A stretch of DNA of 58,329 bases, the filler included, from Jimgerdemannia flammicorona (lineage: Eukaryota), in NCBI GenBank assembly GCA_003990765.1. It is 2 parts of 2 records of this genome, joined end to end, with 100 filler letters (N's around TTAATTAATTAA, not from the genome) between each part and the next. Parts side by side here need not be neighbours in the genome. Positions count along the whole stretch, not along the records: positions 29,222 to 58,329 come from RBNJ01000517.1; 1 more part is not named here. One strand, 5' to 3'. This document shows positions 30,157 through 43,440 of the stretch, piece after piece. Both the position numbers and the translations under genes were made by a program. Position 1 is the stretch's first letter; each line of letters begins with the position of its first letter. The notes beneath the pieces were generated by a model. That model did no database searches and was not told the DNA's origin. It saw only the letters and a program-made list of their open reading frames with translations.

Positions 30157-31549
30157 GAGAGGAAGTATAATATTAGCATCCTGTTAGATTATTAAAAAAG
30201 AGATATCAAAATTAATTTCAAACTGCAATATTTTTAAAGTCTTCTACTTTACTAGCTGGCATCCTAAATTTACATCACAATTACATTATCTTAAATACCA
30301 ATATGAGAGAAGTTGTTTTAATAGTTTGGAGAGAGATGTTAAAAGATCAAGTAAATTAGAATTTAATAAATATTTACAAGAAGGTATTTAAATTTCAAAA
30401 AGCCAGTTTATATGGCAAAGCTCAAACTAAAACCAGTTCTTATATATTAGCTGGTCATACTTTGATCTATCTAATAGAATATATTACTGTATCATATCTC
30501 TCAACAATTTTAAACCAAAAATTGAATAAGATAAATAAGAGAAATATAAAATAGCTATTATAGAGATAGCTTTACTTCTCTTCAATACTTTCTATCAGAT
30601 ATGATAACAAATTCCTCTATTTCATTCAATTTAATGCTCTCTATTATCTGTCACTTAAGGAAATTTCTGGATATATCTCAATATCCTCAGTATCCTTAAT
30701 ATCAGTACTAGAGTTCTCAACTTTAGTATTAGCATTCTCTTTAGCTTTGAAATTACCTAGAATAGATGGAGATCAGATGAATCTAGATTAATCTAGAGTG
30801 CATTTTTAACTTAGAGAATTTCAGTTTGAGCAGAATGTGGCAAAAGTCAGCAACATATTTTTTGGACAATATATAGGCTCTCTTACTCATATTAATTAAG
30901 ATATATACCCATTTTACTATATATTATTAAATATAAAGAACAGTATACTTCAAAATCTGAAGGCCTGTTCTAAAATTTAGCTTATAGTATTGGAATTTCT
31001 CTAGAGTCTAATATGATGATGATATTTCATTTAAATCAACCATATGGCTCAATAATTATAAGAGATAAGAAAGTTTTAAATAGTTTATTATTGAGTATTT
31101 ATCATAAAACTTTGAAAGCTATATACTATTATAATAAATTTTTTGAAAACTTAAAAAAGCAGAAAAATCTATAGATATATATATTACATGTTTATTAATT
31201 GATTTTTATTTTATATCATAGTTTAGATATTTAGCAGAAATTTCATTTGTTCAGTAAGAGCAATGTCTTTTGTTAGGGAGGTTTTTTTTATAAAAAAATT
31301 ATCTTTTTTAATAGGCTTACTGACTAATCTATACTGGTAGACTTAAGATTCAGTTTGTTAAATGAAGATTCTATCTTGAGGGTAAATTTGAACTAATCTT
31401 AAGATAGATTTATATCAACTTGAATTCATCACATAATAAATTTCAATTAATTTGAATTCATTACATAATGATTCAAACTGACTCAGATCAGTTACATGAT
31501 TGGCAAATTTGAATCAGGTTTAAATTTCTCTGACTCAATTAAAGTACTA

Positions 31550-32090
31550 TCTATAGATAATCTATACTGCTACTTAATGTCTAAGGTTAGCTAACTCTCT
31601 ATATAGTCTATGATATACTATAATGATATCTTATTAATGATAGTAAAAGAGAGAAAATACTATACCAAAATAAGTATACTCTAGATATAGCCAAAGATAT
31701 CAGAAACTGCAAAAAAGTAGAGAAATTACTAATTCAATACTGATAAAAGAGCAACCTATTACTATTATCTCTCTCCTACTACTCTGCTCAGATATACTAT
31801 ATTTAGTATTACTACTATACAGAAGGTGGGTTTGGTATCTTAAATTATTGAATAACACTATACTTCTATTCAAAGTACTGCTAAATTATATTTCTCACAT
31901 CTTTGATCATTATATCTCTCTTTATCCTAAATTATATAAAATATTATCAATGTCTCCAACTATAATCTCTTCTGATAAGCTTACTGTCTAGTTCATCACT
32001 ATTAATCCTATTACCTAATATACTCTTACTCTTAACTCTATAAACCTCACCTGGAAGCTTGGTCTGCTTAAATAGAACAGCTTTGAGAAC
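31550..32090 (+). mobile_element. LINE post-RT relic
   Basis: EGGFGILN motif near 31820. Confidence 0.5.
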
Positions 32091-32129
32091 TGATATAACT
32101 TTAGGCATAGAAGATATACTGTGATATAA

Positions 32130-33210
32130 TTTTTTTTTTTTTTCTAGTCTATAACAAATATATGATTATTATATCACACTGGTCGCCTCAACTCAACTCC
32201 ACCCTATTCCACCCTAACACACTCCCTCTCTCTCACTCTCATCTTCTTAAAAACTACTAAAGAATTAATTACTATAATCTATCCACTACTCCTCTTGTAT
32301 ACCCCTTCTATCAGATATCTACAATGACTCTCTTGAGGGCTCCACCACCTCTACCAGTCTGATAGAATATCCACCATCAACTTCTCCAATCTTGTCATCC
32401 TTTCTTCTAAAACTATCTGTCTTCTATCCTCAAATATATACTATTAGTATCCAGTCAACTCTATTCATATTACTAACACCCACTCAACAGTAAGTCACTC
32501 ATTACTAATATATCTCCCCAACTACTCCCTCAAGTTATTCCATCTCTCTCTCTTCTTACTATCATATCACTATACTCTTAGCCAACTTCCAACTATTACT
32601 CAAAAGTTACTAAGTATTTTATACTCTCTCAACCAATGTTCTGATATCTGTACAATTCTCTCCTCTTACTTTATATTATAACAATTCTTATACTCAAAAA
32701 TTCCTCCTTCTATCAAGTATCTTAATCTAAAGTTCAATATAATATTTTTTTCTCAAGATGAGTCACTACATCACTCAGAACTTTAGAGAAAACTACTGCT
32801 ATATCTCAGTACTCTAAGACCAGATTCCAGCTCAGTCCTATATCTTATTAATACCTGCTGACTATCAGTCTATTGGCCATAGATTCTGTCTCACTCTCTA
32901 TTAATACTCTATGCTAGCACTAATGTCAAAGTTTATCAGCAGTGAACTATCCAATAGAAGCCTGTCCTATCTCTATATTACAGGGTTCCATTGTATCTCT
33001 CTCTCATTATCTCACTAATATAGACTAACATAGTGAGCCCCCTCTACTACTCTTCAAAAGAATTCTCTATATTATAGTATAAACTACATATCTCTCAGTC
33101 TAACCATTGATAATAAATTACTGAAAGAACCTCTAGGGGAGAACCTTGTCTCTCAGATTCCTATATTAAAGATATCTACTCTCTACTCTATAACTCAAAA
33201 GCTCTTATTT
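32130..33210 (-). mobile_element. LINE 3' fragment with poly(A), truncating the Gypsy 3' LTR
   Basis: Poly-T at about 32130-32143. The sequence is similar to 14150-15250. Confidence 0.7.
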
Positions 33211-35718
33211 ACTATTATCTCTGAGATATTTTATATAAGTTAGTTACTATCTTAGTTACTATCTGGATAATTATAGAATATATAGTATGGCTAAATATAA
33301 TATATAACTTCCAGAATACAGTATATTTGAGATACAGTATCTTTAAGATTTAGTTATCTCAATTTGGTTATTTGTGCTATTTATATAATTTCTATAGTAA
33401 CTGGTTAACTATGTAAGTAACTATAGTATACTAAGTATTCATATCATCTAGTTATACAATATATATTATTTGCATACTATATATCAGTCCTTACTAAAGG
33501 ATGGTCTGTCCTCAGACTGTTTTTTAGTCATTATTCCAGTAGGTTTCTTATAGTTTAATAGCCATTTGAGAGCAGTATGATCAGTTATCAGAGTGAACCC
33601 TTATCTGATAAGATAGTACATAAATAGAGTAACTGTCTAAATGACTATAAGGTATTTCATTTTAGTACTACTATAATTAGTTTGCTACTAGTTAGTAGCT
33701 TGGCTTATATAAGCTATTATATAGTACTATTGATCAGATCTTTCTTAGACTAGAACTGCTCTAAGGCTAGTTTTGGAAGCATCTGTATATAAGATGAATA
33801 GCTTTTGCAGGTTGGATTATATAAGAATTAGTACTATAGTCATAGAGTACTTGAGTTCTTTTAAGGATAATTCTTATAGTTCTATCTATTTATATAATAC
33901 TTCTTTCTTGAGAAGAGTTCTAATTGAAGCAGCAATTTGAGTGAAATCTTTAATCAATCTTTTATAATAGGATACTATATAGCATCAGAGATAATACTAT
34001 TTCCTTCTAAGTCTTAAATACTAGTTAGTTGTTGATCTTCCCAGTTTTCTTTGGTTCTGTATGAGTTCCTTTTTAATAAACTATAAACTTAAGGAATTTG
34101 AGTTTCTGTTTTCCAAAGTATCATTTCTTAGCATTAAATCTCAGATGGTTCTTATAGATAAGCTAGAAGAATTCTTCTAAATAATATAAGTATTTTTTGA
34201 AATTTGCTGAATAGATATTAGAGTTATCTATATATATAATCAAATAGTAATAGATTAGTGAGCTATAGACTAAGTTCATTATTCTCTAGAAGATTGGAGA
34301 TATATTACAGAGTTTAAAGGATATTTAGATATATTAAAACAGTTTTTCTAGGATAAGAAAAACTGTTTTCTGAATGTTCTTAAGGTTTATAGAGATTTTG
34401 TAGAATTTTGCAAGAGATCTATACTGCTGAAATATCTGACATCTTGTAATTAGTCTAGGAGATCATCAATTCTGAAAAAGAAGTAGGCATCTTTTTCTAT
34501 AACTGAGCTAAGCTTTCTGTAATCTATATAGAGTCTCTATCCTCCTTTCTTAGACATAATAAGTATAGAGCTGGTCCAGAAGCTAGTAGTGGGTTAGATA
34601 ACTCTATTGTCTAAGAGTTTCTAAATATATTCTTTCTCAAATATCTTTAGATAATAAGATATTCTATAAGACTTCTATCAGATAAGTATTGAATATTCTG
34701 TATTTATATATGCTATAGTAATATAATGAATTATATGATAGATTTCTATAGTCTGTAATAAAGATGCTCTGATATTTATGAAGGAGTTCTGCTAGTTGCT
34801 ATTATTACTAAGATGTCAATTTTTCTCCAATATTAGTAGAAGGCTTTACTTTCTCCTAGATCACAGAGAGGTTTTTTCTTTCTTCTGAGATCTTCTGCCA
34901 TTTTCCAATAGGTTTAGTTTATAAACTTCTCTATAAGTCTGGTTGAGATAGAGCATAAGATGATCTATAATAGTTCCTTTTAATAGAATGAGGCTTTCCT
35001 AGCTTTGGTTAATTGCTTGAGAATACACAGAATTCATCTTGTCAAGAAATATATATCCTTTTATATCTAGGTTCTTGATATTCTCATTAAGTTCAAAGAA
35101 GAGATTTCTAGAATCAGATAGTATAAAGATTTTTGAAGATAGTCTGCTCTTCTGATTCTAGGATGAGGTTCTTATATAGCTTAACTGATTGATAGTATAC
35201 TTGCTAGAGAGTATTTTTCTTAAAGTGGTTAATCTGGAAGAGATATACTTCTTTCTTATCTGAGCTTTCAAATCCTTCAGTTTGTCTTATACCTTGAGTT
35301 AGTTTGGAGACTTCTTATAGTTGAGGAGTTTTGACCTTCATGAAGACTACTTGTACAATCTTTTATTCTTTATAGATTTAGTAGTATTCTATACTGCTGT
35401 TGTTCAGGATGATCTTGATTTTGTCTATATATTCAGAGTTTATAGTTTCTTTTTCTACTATTATTCCTTTTCTAGTAAGTTCAGATCTTAAGATTAGTTA
35501 AATATAAGTTTCTTTGGATAGCTATATAGCTAGTCTTATACTGAGTACCACTGTTCTTCCAGATTTAATAAATTTATTCTTAAGGCTGTAATAGTTATAT
35601 CTTATATCTTTCTGATGAGCTTTGATTAGGAGTTTGGCCTTAAGATATAGCAGGACATACTTGGTAACATTTTTACTAAGTTTGGATTATTCTTGGGCTG
35701 AGACTTAGTTGATATAAG

Positions 35719-36075
35719 TAGTGCTCTCAACAAATTGAATCAAATCAAATTTAACTCAATTCAATTAAATCAAAGACTAATTTGATTTAAGATTTAATTT
35801 AAACTCTATTTTTCAAAATATAATAACTCAATAAAAATATATCTATATTTAATAATTTTTAGTCTGTTAGATTTCTCTATATAAGAAGAATCTAATATAT
35901 TAAAGATAATTAAATTTAGATATGTTTTTATTGAGTTATTATATTTTACCTCAATTTAATTCAAATTTGATTCAATTTGAACTTTATTCAAATAGAAAAA
36001 TCTCCAATTCAATTTGATTTGAATGACCCTCGATTTGATTCAATTCAAATTGATTCAATTCATTTGAGAGTACTA
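35719..36075. mobile_element. hAT MITE copy inserted in the Gypsy pol region
   Basis: TAGTGCTCTC...GAGAGTACTA termini, TSD GATATAAG/GATATGAG. Confidence 0.9.
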
Positions 36076-39000
36076 GATATGAGCCCCCAGGCTCTAAAGT
36101 TGAGGTGAAGCCATCTGACTCCAGTAGAGAGATCTTGGAGATAATTGATTTCTCTTTATCTTATAGGATCTAGAGTCTCTATGAAGTTGATAATATCTTC
36201 TATCTATTCTTGATAGGTTTTATATCTAATAAGGGCTAGAATGTTATTTTCTAGATTATATATCTTGAGAGTCTTTTTCTTTGATTTTTGGTCTGGTTTC
36301 TTTGAATCTGAGTTCTGTTATCTTCTTTCTTCAGTAATAGATAGTAAAATCTTAGCTGAGGTGAATTTTCTAATATAGACAGTTTTGGTAATCTGAGTAT
36401 TTTTTATGATTATAATATCCCATTGCTTAAAAATGTAGTTCTCAGTTATTGACTTCTTACTACCTTGGAAATCAATATCTATTCTTATCATAAGTTAGAG
36501 AAAGGGTGGCTAAGAGCTATACTTCTGTTTGAGTAAAGTGATCTTATTTATTAGCTTATCTTTTTAACATTATAGTAGTTTTTTAGAAGATAGTTATCTA
36601 TGTAATTGTAATTTGAGATCCTGGTCTGTAGTATCTCTATCTTTTATTAGTTCAATATGTAGAATTGATAGCAGTAGTCTTAGAGAGTATGAAAGACTAT
36701 TTGATCCTAATATCTTTCTAGCTAAAAGGCTCTTTTCTGATATGTTTCTTGTCTTTAGACAATGGTGACTATACTTGGCCCTTCTTCAGTATTCTATAGA
36801 TCATCATCTTCTAGTAGTATCTAATAAGAGTTATCTCAGAAAATAAGTTCAAGGAGTTCTTTCTGCTTGGGGACTTTTGTTTAGAGATTTCTTTATCAGA
36901 TATTTCTTAATTCCAGATTATCTCTGTAGCCTCAGATATAGGTATCTTCAGAGAGTGGTTATATTTCTTCTTTCTTTCTAAATTCAGAACAGACTGTTCC
37001 AGGTGAATTCCTTGTTTTAATAATCTTAGAGGAGTGTTTGAGATACTTGTTTCTCTTTAGGTAGTTAGGACATCCTCTGGCTTATTCTGTAATAGCTCTG
37101 ATTGTGATGAAAATAATATCTTTAGTCCATATATTATCTTTTGGTCTATCATCTACTACTTTAATTTATAGATTGAGTCTAGGATTATTTTTATTTTCAG
37201 ATTCTTCTTCTTTCTCTATAGTAGATTCTTTACTACTGAAATACTCTTTCTAGATAGTAATCTTCTCCTTCTTCTTCAATTACTTATAGCTTGTCAATTT
37301 TATTCTATACTTCTTTCTTCTATAATTGAATTTGAGTATCTATTGATCAATATCAATAACTATATTCATTTTTTTTCATCTAGTTAGTACCAAAAATCAT
37401 ATTATAAGTAACAGCTTTAGTGATATAGCTTTTGAGATAGAGAATTAAATATGTTCAAAGAAGATAATGATATTTTATACTTCTTTAAGGAGTTGAGTTT
37501 GGGCTCTATCTGCTACTATGATGCTGAGATTAGATAATCTATCAATAGACTACTAGAGGATATCTAGAAATCATTTGACAATAATACAGATAGCTACTTC
37601 TATATCAATGAGGATTTTTGTCTTTTGTCCTCTAATATCTCCATACTGGTATTTGCTGATATATTTTTCTGCAGCTTAAATAGTGATTGATACTAGTTTT
37701 TATTGTAGAATTGAGACTTGGCAAGTGCTGGACCTGGTGGTTCTTAATAGTTTATTTTGAACTCTAATAGGTATCAGTTATAAGAACTATAGAAGAGAGA
37801 CTTTCATCTTAGCTTCTTGAATCTTTTGCCAGGCTTATTATAGATATCTCTAGATATAATCTTTGGAGTATTTCTCTTGAGCTTTGGAATAATAGACACT
37901 TGTTCTTCTTGCTCTATTTTTTTATTCTCTAATAGTAGTTTATTTGTTTTGAAGACAAAAGATGAGAGAGATCTGGAAGGTATCTCAACTTACTCCTCTT
38001 TATCTTTTTTATCTTTTTTTTAGATAATTCTTCTACTAGTATTTCTGGATGGCCTTTCTATTGATCTCTTCCTTTTCTCAGCTATATAGACTGTTTTTTT
38101 AGTAATGATCTTGGTTGAGTATAGATCTAGATTACTATAGTCTTCACTATTACTTTCTTCTTCAAAGTCTTTGACAGGATGAGTCTCAGTCTTCTTGTAC
38201 TGAATTGCATTCTTTTAATTTAGTGGTTCTGAGTCTCTTTAATTACTTATTCTGTCATTATATTCAGTAGCATAGTGTCCAAACTATCTACAGTGAAAGT
38301 ATTGAACTTGAGCTCTATCTTGAACTAAATACTTTCTTTCTTTTTGTGACTGGTAACTCCTGTCCTCTCTGAGTAAATAGTCTTGATTCCTTCATGATAT
38401 GTATCCTCTATTGTTCTATAGATAGTCTCAATTTTTATATATGGTGAGTTTTTCAATTTGCCTAACTAATGGAGTTGAGGTCTTGGATTTTATTTCTCTC
38501 ATTCTTCTACTCCTTGACTGGTTTTCCTTCTTCTGGTTTTCCACATTCTTAAAGGAGTCCTTATAGGGTTTTGACCAAGAGATCTTTCTTGTTATCTTTC
38601 TTATCATAATTACTCTAGATAATTCCTTATCTAATATTAAAAAATTCTTGAGCTATATCTACTTGTTCTTTAAGCTTTCTGATACCTAAAGTGCAGACAT
38701 ACTGAGTGATATTTGGATGAATCCCATTCATAAAGATTATAGAATCTATAATATCTTGGTTGGTAATATTGAATCTAGCTATATATATTCTTTTCTGAAT
38801 TCTGATAAAGAATGCGTTAGTGATTCTCTAAGATTCATCTTCATTTCTATAATAGATTCTTGATTTTATAGTGGGTTTTATTTTTTGCATATTTTTCAAT
38901 AAGCTAGTAGATTATGATATTATATTCTACTTCTTAGGTTAGTATTTTATAGATGGCTGATCTAAAGTCTGAATGTATATCACTTGCTGCTTAGTTGAAA

Positions 39001-39763
39001 ATTTCCTTGGCTGGTTCTCTGAGTTGAGACTTATAGATAGCAATCTTTCTCTGAGCAGAGAGATTCTTTAGAGCTGTGATTCCTTCAATTCTATCTTGGG
39101 TTTTCTTCTGGGTATCCTGTAATAGTTGTTATTAAGATCATCACTGTCCTTTGTTTTCAATTCTGGTTCTAATTCTGATTCTGATTCTGGTTCTGATTCA
39201 CTTTCTAAGTTGTTACTGAAGCTTGGGATGTTTAGCTATCTTGAAGATATATCATATTATTGATCTTGAGCAAGGTGCAGTAGGTCTGGGAATTTTTGAA
39301 GAAACTATTTCTGATCCTTCTGATTCTGTAGTTGCTGGTCCTAGTAATGGTTCAATGGGAGAGACTGGTGGAGCTTCTGAGGGGAACTATGATTATATAA
39401 TGAAATCTTCTAATTCTTGTATATATAAGCTCATTGAAGTTTTGGGCAGAGCTGTCTGTATTGTCTGGTTGATCTAGTTGATCTAATTGATCTGGTTGGA
39501 TCAGGTCTCCTGATAGTAAATCTGTTGGTACTGGTTGAGGATTCTATGCTGTACTGGCTTCTGGTTGGGATCCTTCTGATGCTGGATAATTGGCAAGTCT
39601 TGTGGTGATTACTTTCCTTCCTGTCCAAATGCTGGTGATCACTCATTTTTCTGTAGTGGCAGAGATTGGTGTTGTATCAAATATATCCAGTTTGGCTGTT
39701 GGGTTCTTGTGAGCTGAAAAGTCATGTAGATTTAAAGAAAATCTTCCCAGTTGAGCCCCCAAA

Positions 39764-40476
39764 TGTAACATGCCAGCTCAATGGAGGCAAATTACAAGGT
39801 TGGGGGTTTGTGTAGTTTGGCTTGAGTTCCTAGTACTTTGTCAAAGCAACAAAATGTTCAATGGTTTCTGGTATCCTTGTTGGTGTTTAGCGGTATAATA
39901 GACAAATCTGGATACAGCGGTTGAATCTGGTGGATTTCCTAATCGGGACGGTTCTTGAGTGTAGCGGCGATTTGTATGATTTCCTTCTTGAGTGGCGGAC
40001 GATCTCTGTGTAGCGCGAGTGGATTCCTTATGTGTGCGATTTCTGCGTGACGATCTTGGTGGGTGGATTTCCTTATGCGATTTCTGCGTGACGATCTTGT
40101 TCGTTACGCGGACGGTTTGGCGGACTTCTTTATTAGGCGGATGGTTTACTGGAAAATGGCGGACGACGCGGATTACTTGAAAATAACTGAACCGGCGGAC
40201 TTCTCAAATGCTCGAAAAATGGCGGACTTCTTGAAAATGGCGGCTCTTTCTTAAGCGGCAGATTACTTTGACTGACCTGACAAAGTTACGTCAAAGACTG
40301 GCTTCGTTTGCGCGAATGAGGTTTATTCACTAGGGTTGTTGTCTCTGGGGTATTTTATACAAGTTGGTTGCTATCTTGGTTGCTAATGTCCCTACCATCA
40401 CGAGACTGTGATGTCACCAGAGTTACAGCGTCTCGAAACTGACCGTCCGATGTGATTTCGCCATACTTTTGGCACA
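39764..40476 (-). repeat. 5' LTR of the Gypsy element (713 bp), CpG-rich
   Basis: Reads TGTGCC...GTTACA on the minus strand and is homologous to the solo LTR at 52167-53380. Confidence 0.9.
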
Positions 40477-42071
40477 GATTGCTGTTGCCCCTGTCTTATG
40501 GCTGTGGGCAGGGCTTTCAGGATCCAGGATACCAGGATACCGGGTTACTAGGTCACCAAGTCACCAGGGCGAAGAGCGCCGGTGGGATAGGGCGGCGGGC
40601 GCTATAAAAATACAGCTGGTTTTCCTATTCTTATTTAGTAATAAAATAATAGTAATAAAATAAACTAATAAAATAATAATAATATTATAATAATGCCTAA
40701 AAAAAGTGGTGACCTCCCAACGATATCTTGGCATCTAATCTTCGAAATTTCAAATTTCGCAGGAAACAGACGAAGTCGAAAAGTCAATCGCTACCCAGCC
40801 GCCATGCGTCTCCCAACTGCAAATCTTCATTCAACAGCAAGTCGTCGCATAGCCGCAGAGCGTCAACCTTAGTCAATCTCTCGGCCGATAATCGTCGGCG
40901 ACTATTTGCCACCCCCAACGAGGCCGATTGTTATCCAGCGAGGTTAATCGTCGCTCAGCGGCAAAGCGTCGCAAGTCGTCGTCTAGTTGCAACAAGTCGC
41001 CCAGCAGTAAAGCATCGCCCAGCGAGGGTGATTGTCACCCAGTGGGGTCAGTCATCGCCCAGCTGAAAAATGCCGTCCAGATGAACCGTAAATCGTCGCT
41101 CAGCGGCAAATCGTCGCTTAGCGGTAAATTGTGGCCTAGCTGCAGGAGACTGAAACTGGGTATATATACATGGGCAAGGAAAGATCCCGGGAAAGGTGAA
41201 GGGGAGGCTAGGTCAGTCGGCGATGTTTATGATATTATCGAGTGGGAAAAGATCGGGGGTTATTCGGATGGGCGTGTCATAGCGTGGTGAATACGAGTGG
41301 ACGGATACGGACAGCCGCTTCAGCTATAAAATCAATTGTTGGAATACAAATATCACGGACAAGACGAGCTCAAGGACCTAGGCCTTGAAGATAATTTGTA
41401 CCGAGCTTGACAACTTCAAGAAGGTGGACCTCAAGGCGCGTAACCTCTTCACCATCCCGATTTCCTTCGTGGTAAAGCCTTCGCGATCATGTCCCTCGAC
41501 ATCTCTAAGAACAGTTGCCGATCGACTTCTTCCAGATGTTGACGCGCGGCTGCGCGAGCTATGCCGACATGGTCGATCCCATGCTCGTTTTGTTGCAAGA
41601 TTGTTTCAAAGTCGTCAACGGCGGTGTTTCCTGGTATCGTGCATGGCAAGCCATCTAAGATGGTTCCCGCCAATCTGTTGTATTCAGGTTTGTGTATAAG
41701 TTGAACCGCTCTTACATTTCTTCCCCTAGTTCATCACGCGGCTTCGTTGAGTGGAACCTTTTGTCGTTCCCGATATTTTAGTCTTGGCATTCCCATGCCC
41801 ACGACTACCCCCCTGCTATCCTGTATCCCTCTATCGCAAAAATTGCGAAGATTTAAAAAACGAGTAATTGAGAGCAAAAACAATGGGAACTAGAAATATT
41901 TGTGCCAAAAAGAAAAATATCTCAAAATAACTCGAAGATGCCTGAAAGGAAAATACCCACAAATCCCTGTAATAGATGTCAATCATATAAGAAATGAATA
42001 AAGAGTGGTTGTATTCAATATGCAAAATTAGAAACGATCTTTTATGCGATACTTAGTTTGAAAGCCCAAAG

Positions 42072-42500
42072 TCACGGTCCTCCCGAAAGGCTAGTCCATG
42101 CGATCCCATGGTTAATGTCATTGATGGAGAAGGCGTAAGTATGGTTGACCTTATCCAGATGGAAAGTCACTACATCGCCGCGTTCTGAAGACGGACGCCA
42201 TAGTCGCACACACCACCCGACCCAGTTACTTATAGATGTCGGCCAGTCCATGAGTAGAATGCCCATGCCGATGAATTTACAATCGAAATTTGTGAACTCC
42301 TCCTCCACCAACCGCAAATCACAGAAGCGATTAGACTCGCCATACAATCCAACGGATTCAACGACAATGTCCCATTCATAAACCCCATCCTACGTCATCG
42401 TCCCGGAGACAGACATCCTCGCCGTCTGCAACACCGTCGCCGACTAAACGACCTTCGATTTATCCCGCTGATCTGCCCCGTTGGACACGGGAGTTCTTAC
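42072..42500 (-). pseudogene. B30.2/SPRY-domain pseudogene fragment
   Basis: The pattern GVYEWDIVVE...GW...GDVVTFHLDKVNHTYAFSINDINHGIAWTSL is typical of SPRY. In-frame stops lie upstream. Confidence 0.6.
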
Positions 42501-43153
42501 ATGCATGGTAAAAAAATGACATGTAGTGCGGAGATGTCTTGCAAACTCGTCAACTGCCTCCGTGAGGCTCTTCACACGATGGAGTGAGGTCCACATACTT
42601 TATCATGTTTAGCTGGGATTATGTATTAACTATTATGTTCAAATGGCTGAGCATATTAGTCCCTATACGTTTGTAATAGTGGGGCATGTATGACACCGAC
42701 ATATTGCCGTTGAGCCTGTCAATGTGTGGTTCGTGGCGAGTATGTTGTCCTTGGGGGATGGAAGCCCCCATATATAATTCAAAGCCTTCTAACTGATTAC
42801 GCCGCTATCCACGTGAATCAAAAACGGCAATTGCGGCATGTGATGTTGCAAATTTTCTATTTTTACCGCCTCATGTATTTTTCGAGACAGCTGGTTGTAA
42901 GAGGGATAGATAAATATCTGGAGAATGTTACAAAAAGTGAGGGAATTCATCGGGTGGCTTTCAACCATGAAAGCTTTGGCTCGAGTTCAGATCACCAATA
43001 CCGGGCTGGTTATTTAATCAGTAAGTTTGCTCTCGGCTTGTGTATATCTGTGTTGTGTGAATCACCATGGGGAATTCCTTATACGGGTATAATCGATGGT
43101 TACTTAAAACCCGAATATGACGACAATTAAGATATCTGAAATGAAAAGTTGTT

Positions 43154-43440
43154 TCAGTTCCTCGTAGGCAAATTATATGCAATTCCTAAAGGTAAGTTCC
43201 TTGTATGCTTTCCAGGTTTATACCGGATGATAATCTTTTCCTTTTTCTCCTTTTTCTCCTTTTCCTCCTGTCGATTATTTTCAGCGACACTTTGGTGTGC
43301 TAAAAGGAAATCTTCACCCACGCCAAAATTGACAAACGAAATGTCACCATACTCCATGCTTTTGAAGGTGAAGATGGCGAGACCGTGCTCAAACTCAAGG
43401 GAGGCCGTCGATTCCTTTGTAAGTTTCTGCGATCCTCTCT
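43154..43440 (-). CDS. Possible exon of an unknown gene
   Basis: Protein-like open frame (STASLEFEHGLAIFTFKSMEYGDISF...) preceded by a possible CAG acceptor. The full model could not be resolved. Confidence 0.3.

Larger units (their letters stand above)
33213..40476 (-). mobile_element. Ty3/Gypsy LTR retrotransposon relic: gag-CCHC, protease, dUTPase, RT, RNase H; integrase absent
   Basis: 5' LTR 39764-40476 (TG..CA). Putative PBS TGGGGGCTCAACTGGGA (tRNA-Pro-like) at about 39744-39761. Zn knuckle (YFHCR*FGHYATEY) near 38260-38310, protease ILIDIEVAICI near 37600, dUTPase 35258-35640, RT IYIDNSNIYS near 34225, RNase H DASKTSLRAVL and ITDHTALKWL at 33560-33790. Degraded 3' LTR remnant about 33213-33476. 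Confidence 0.9.

Noticed and set aside
29222..31548. Degraded coding-like DNA ending in repeats and AGTACTA, possibly another DNA transposon
   Set aside because: No diagnostic motif, left TIR or TSD recognised.
40728..41700. Q/R-rich repeats (CAGCGGCAAATCGTCGCT) and short ORFs
   Set aside because: Probably a decayed gene. No consistent frame or recognisable domain.
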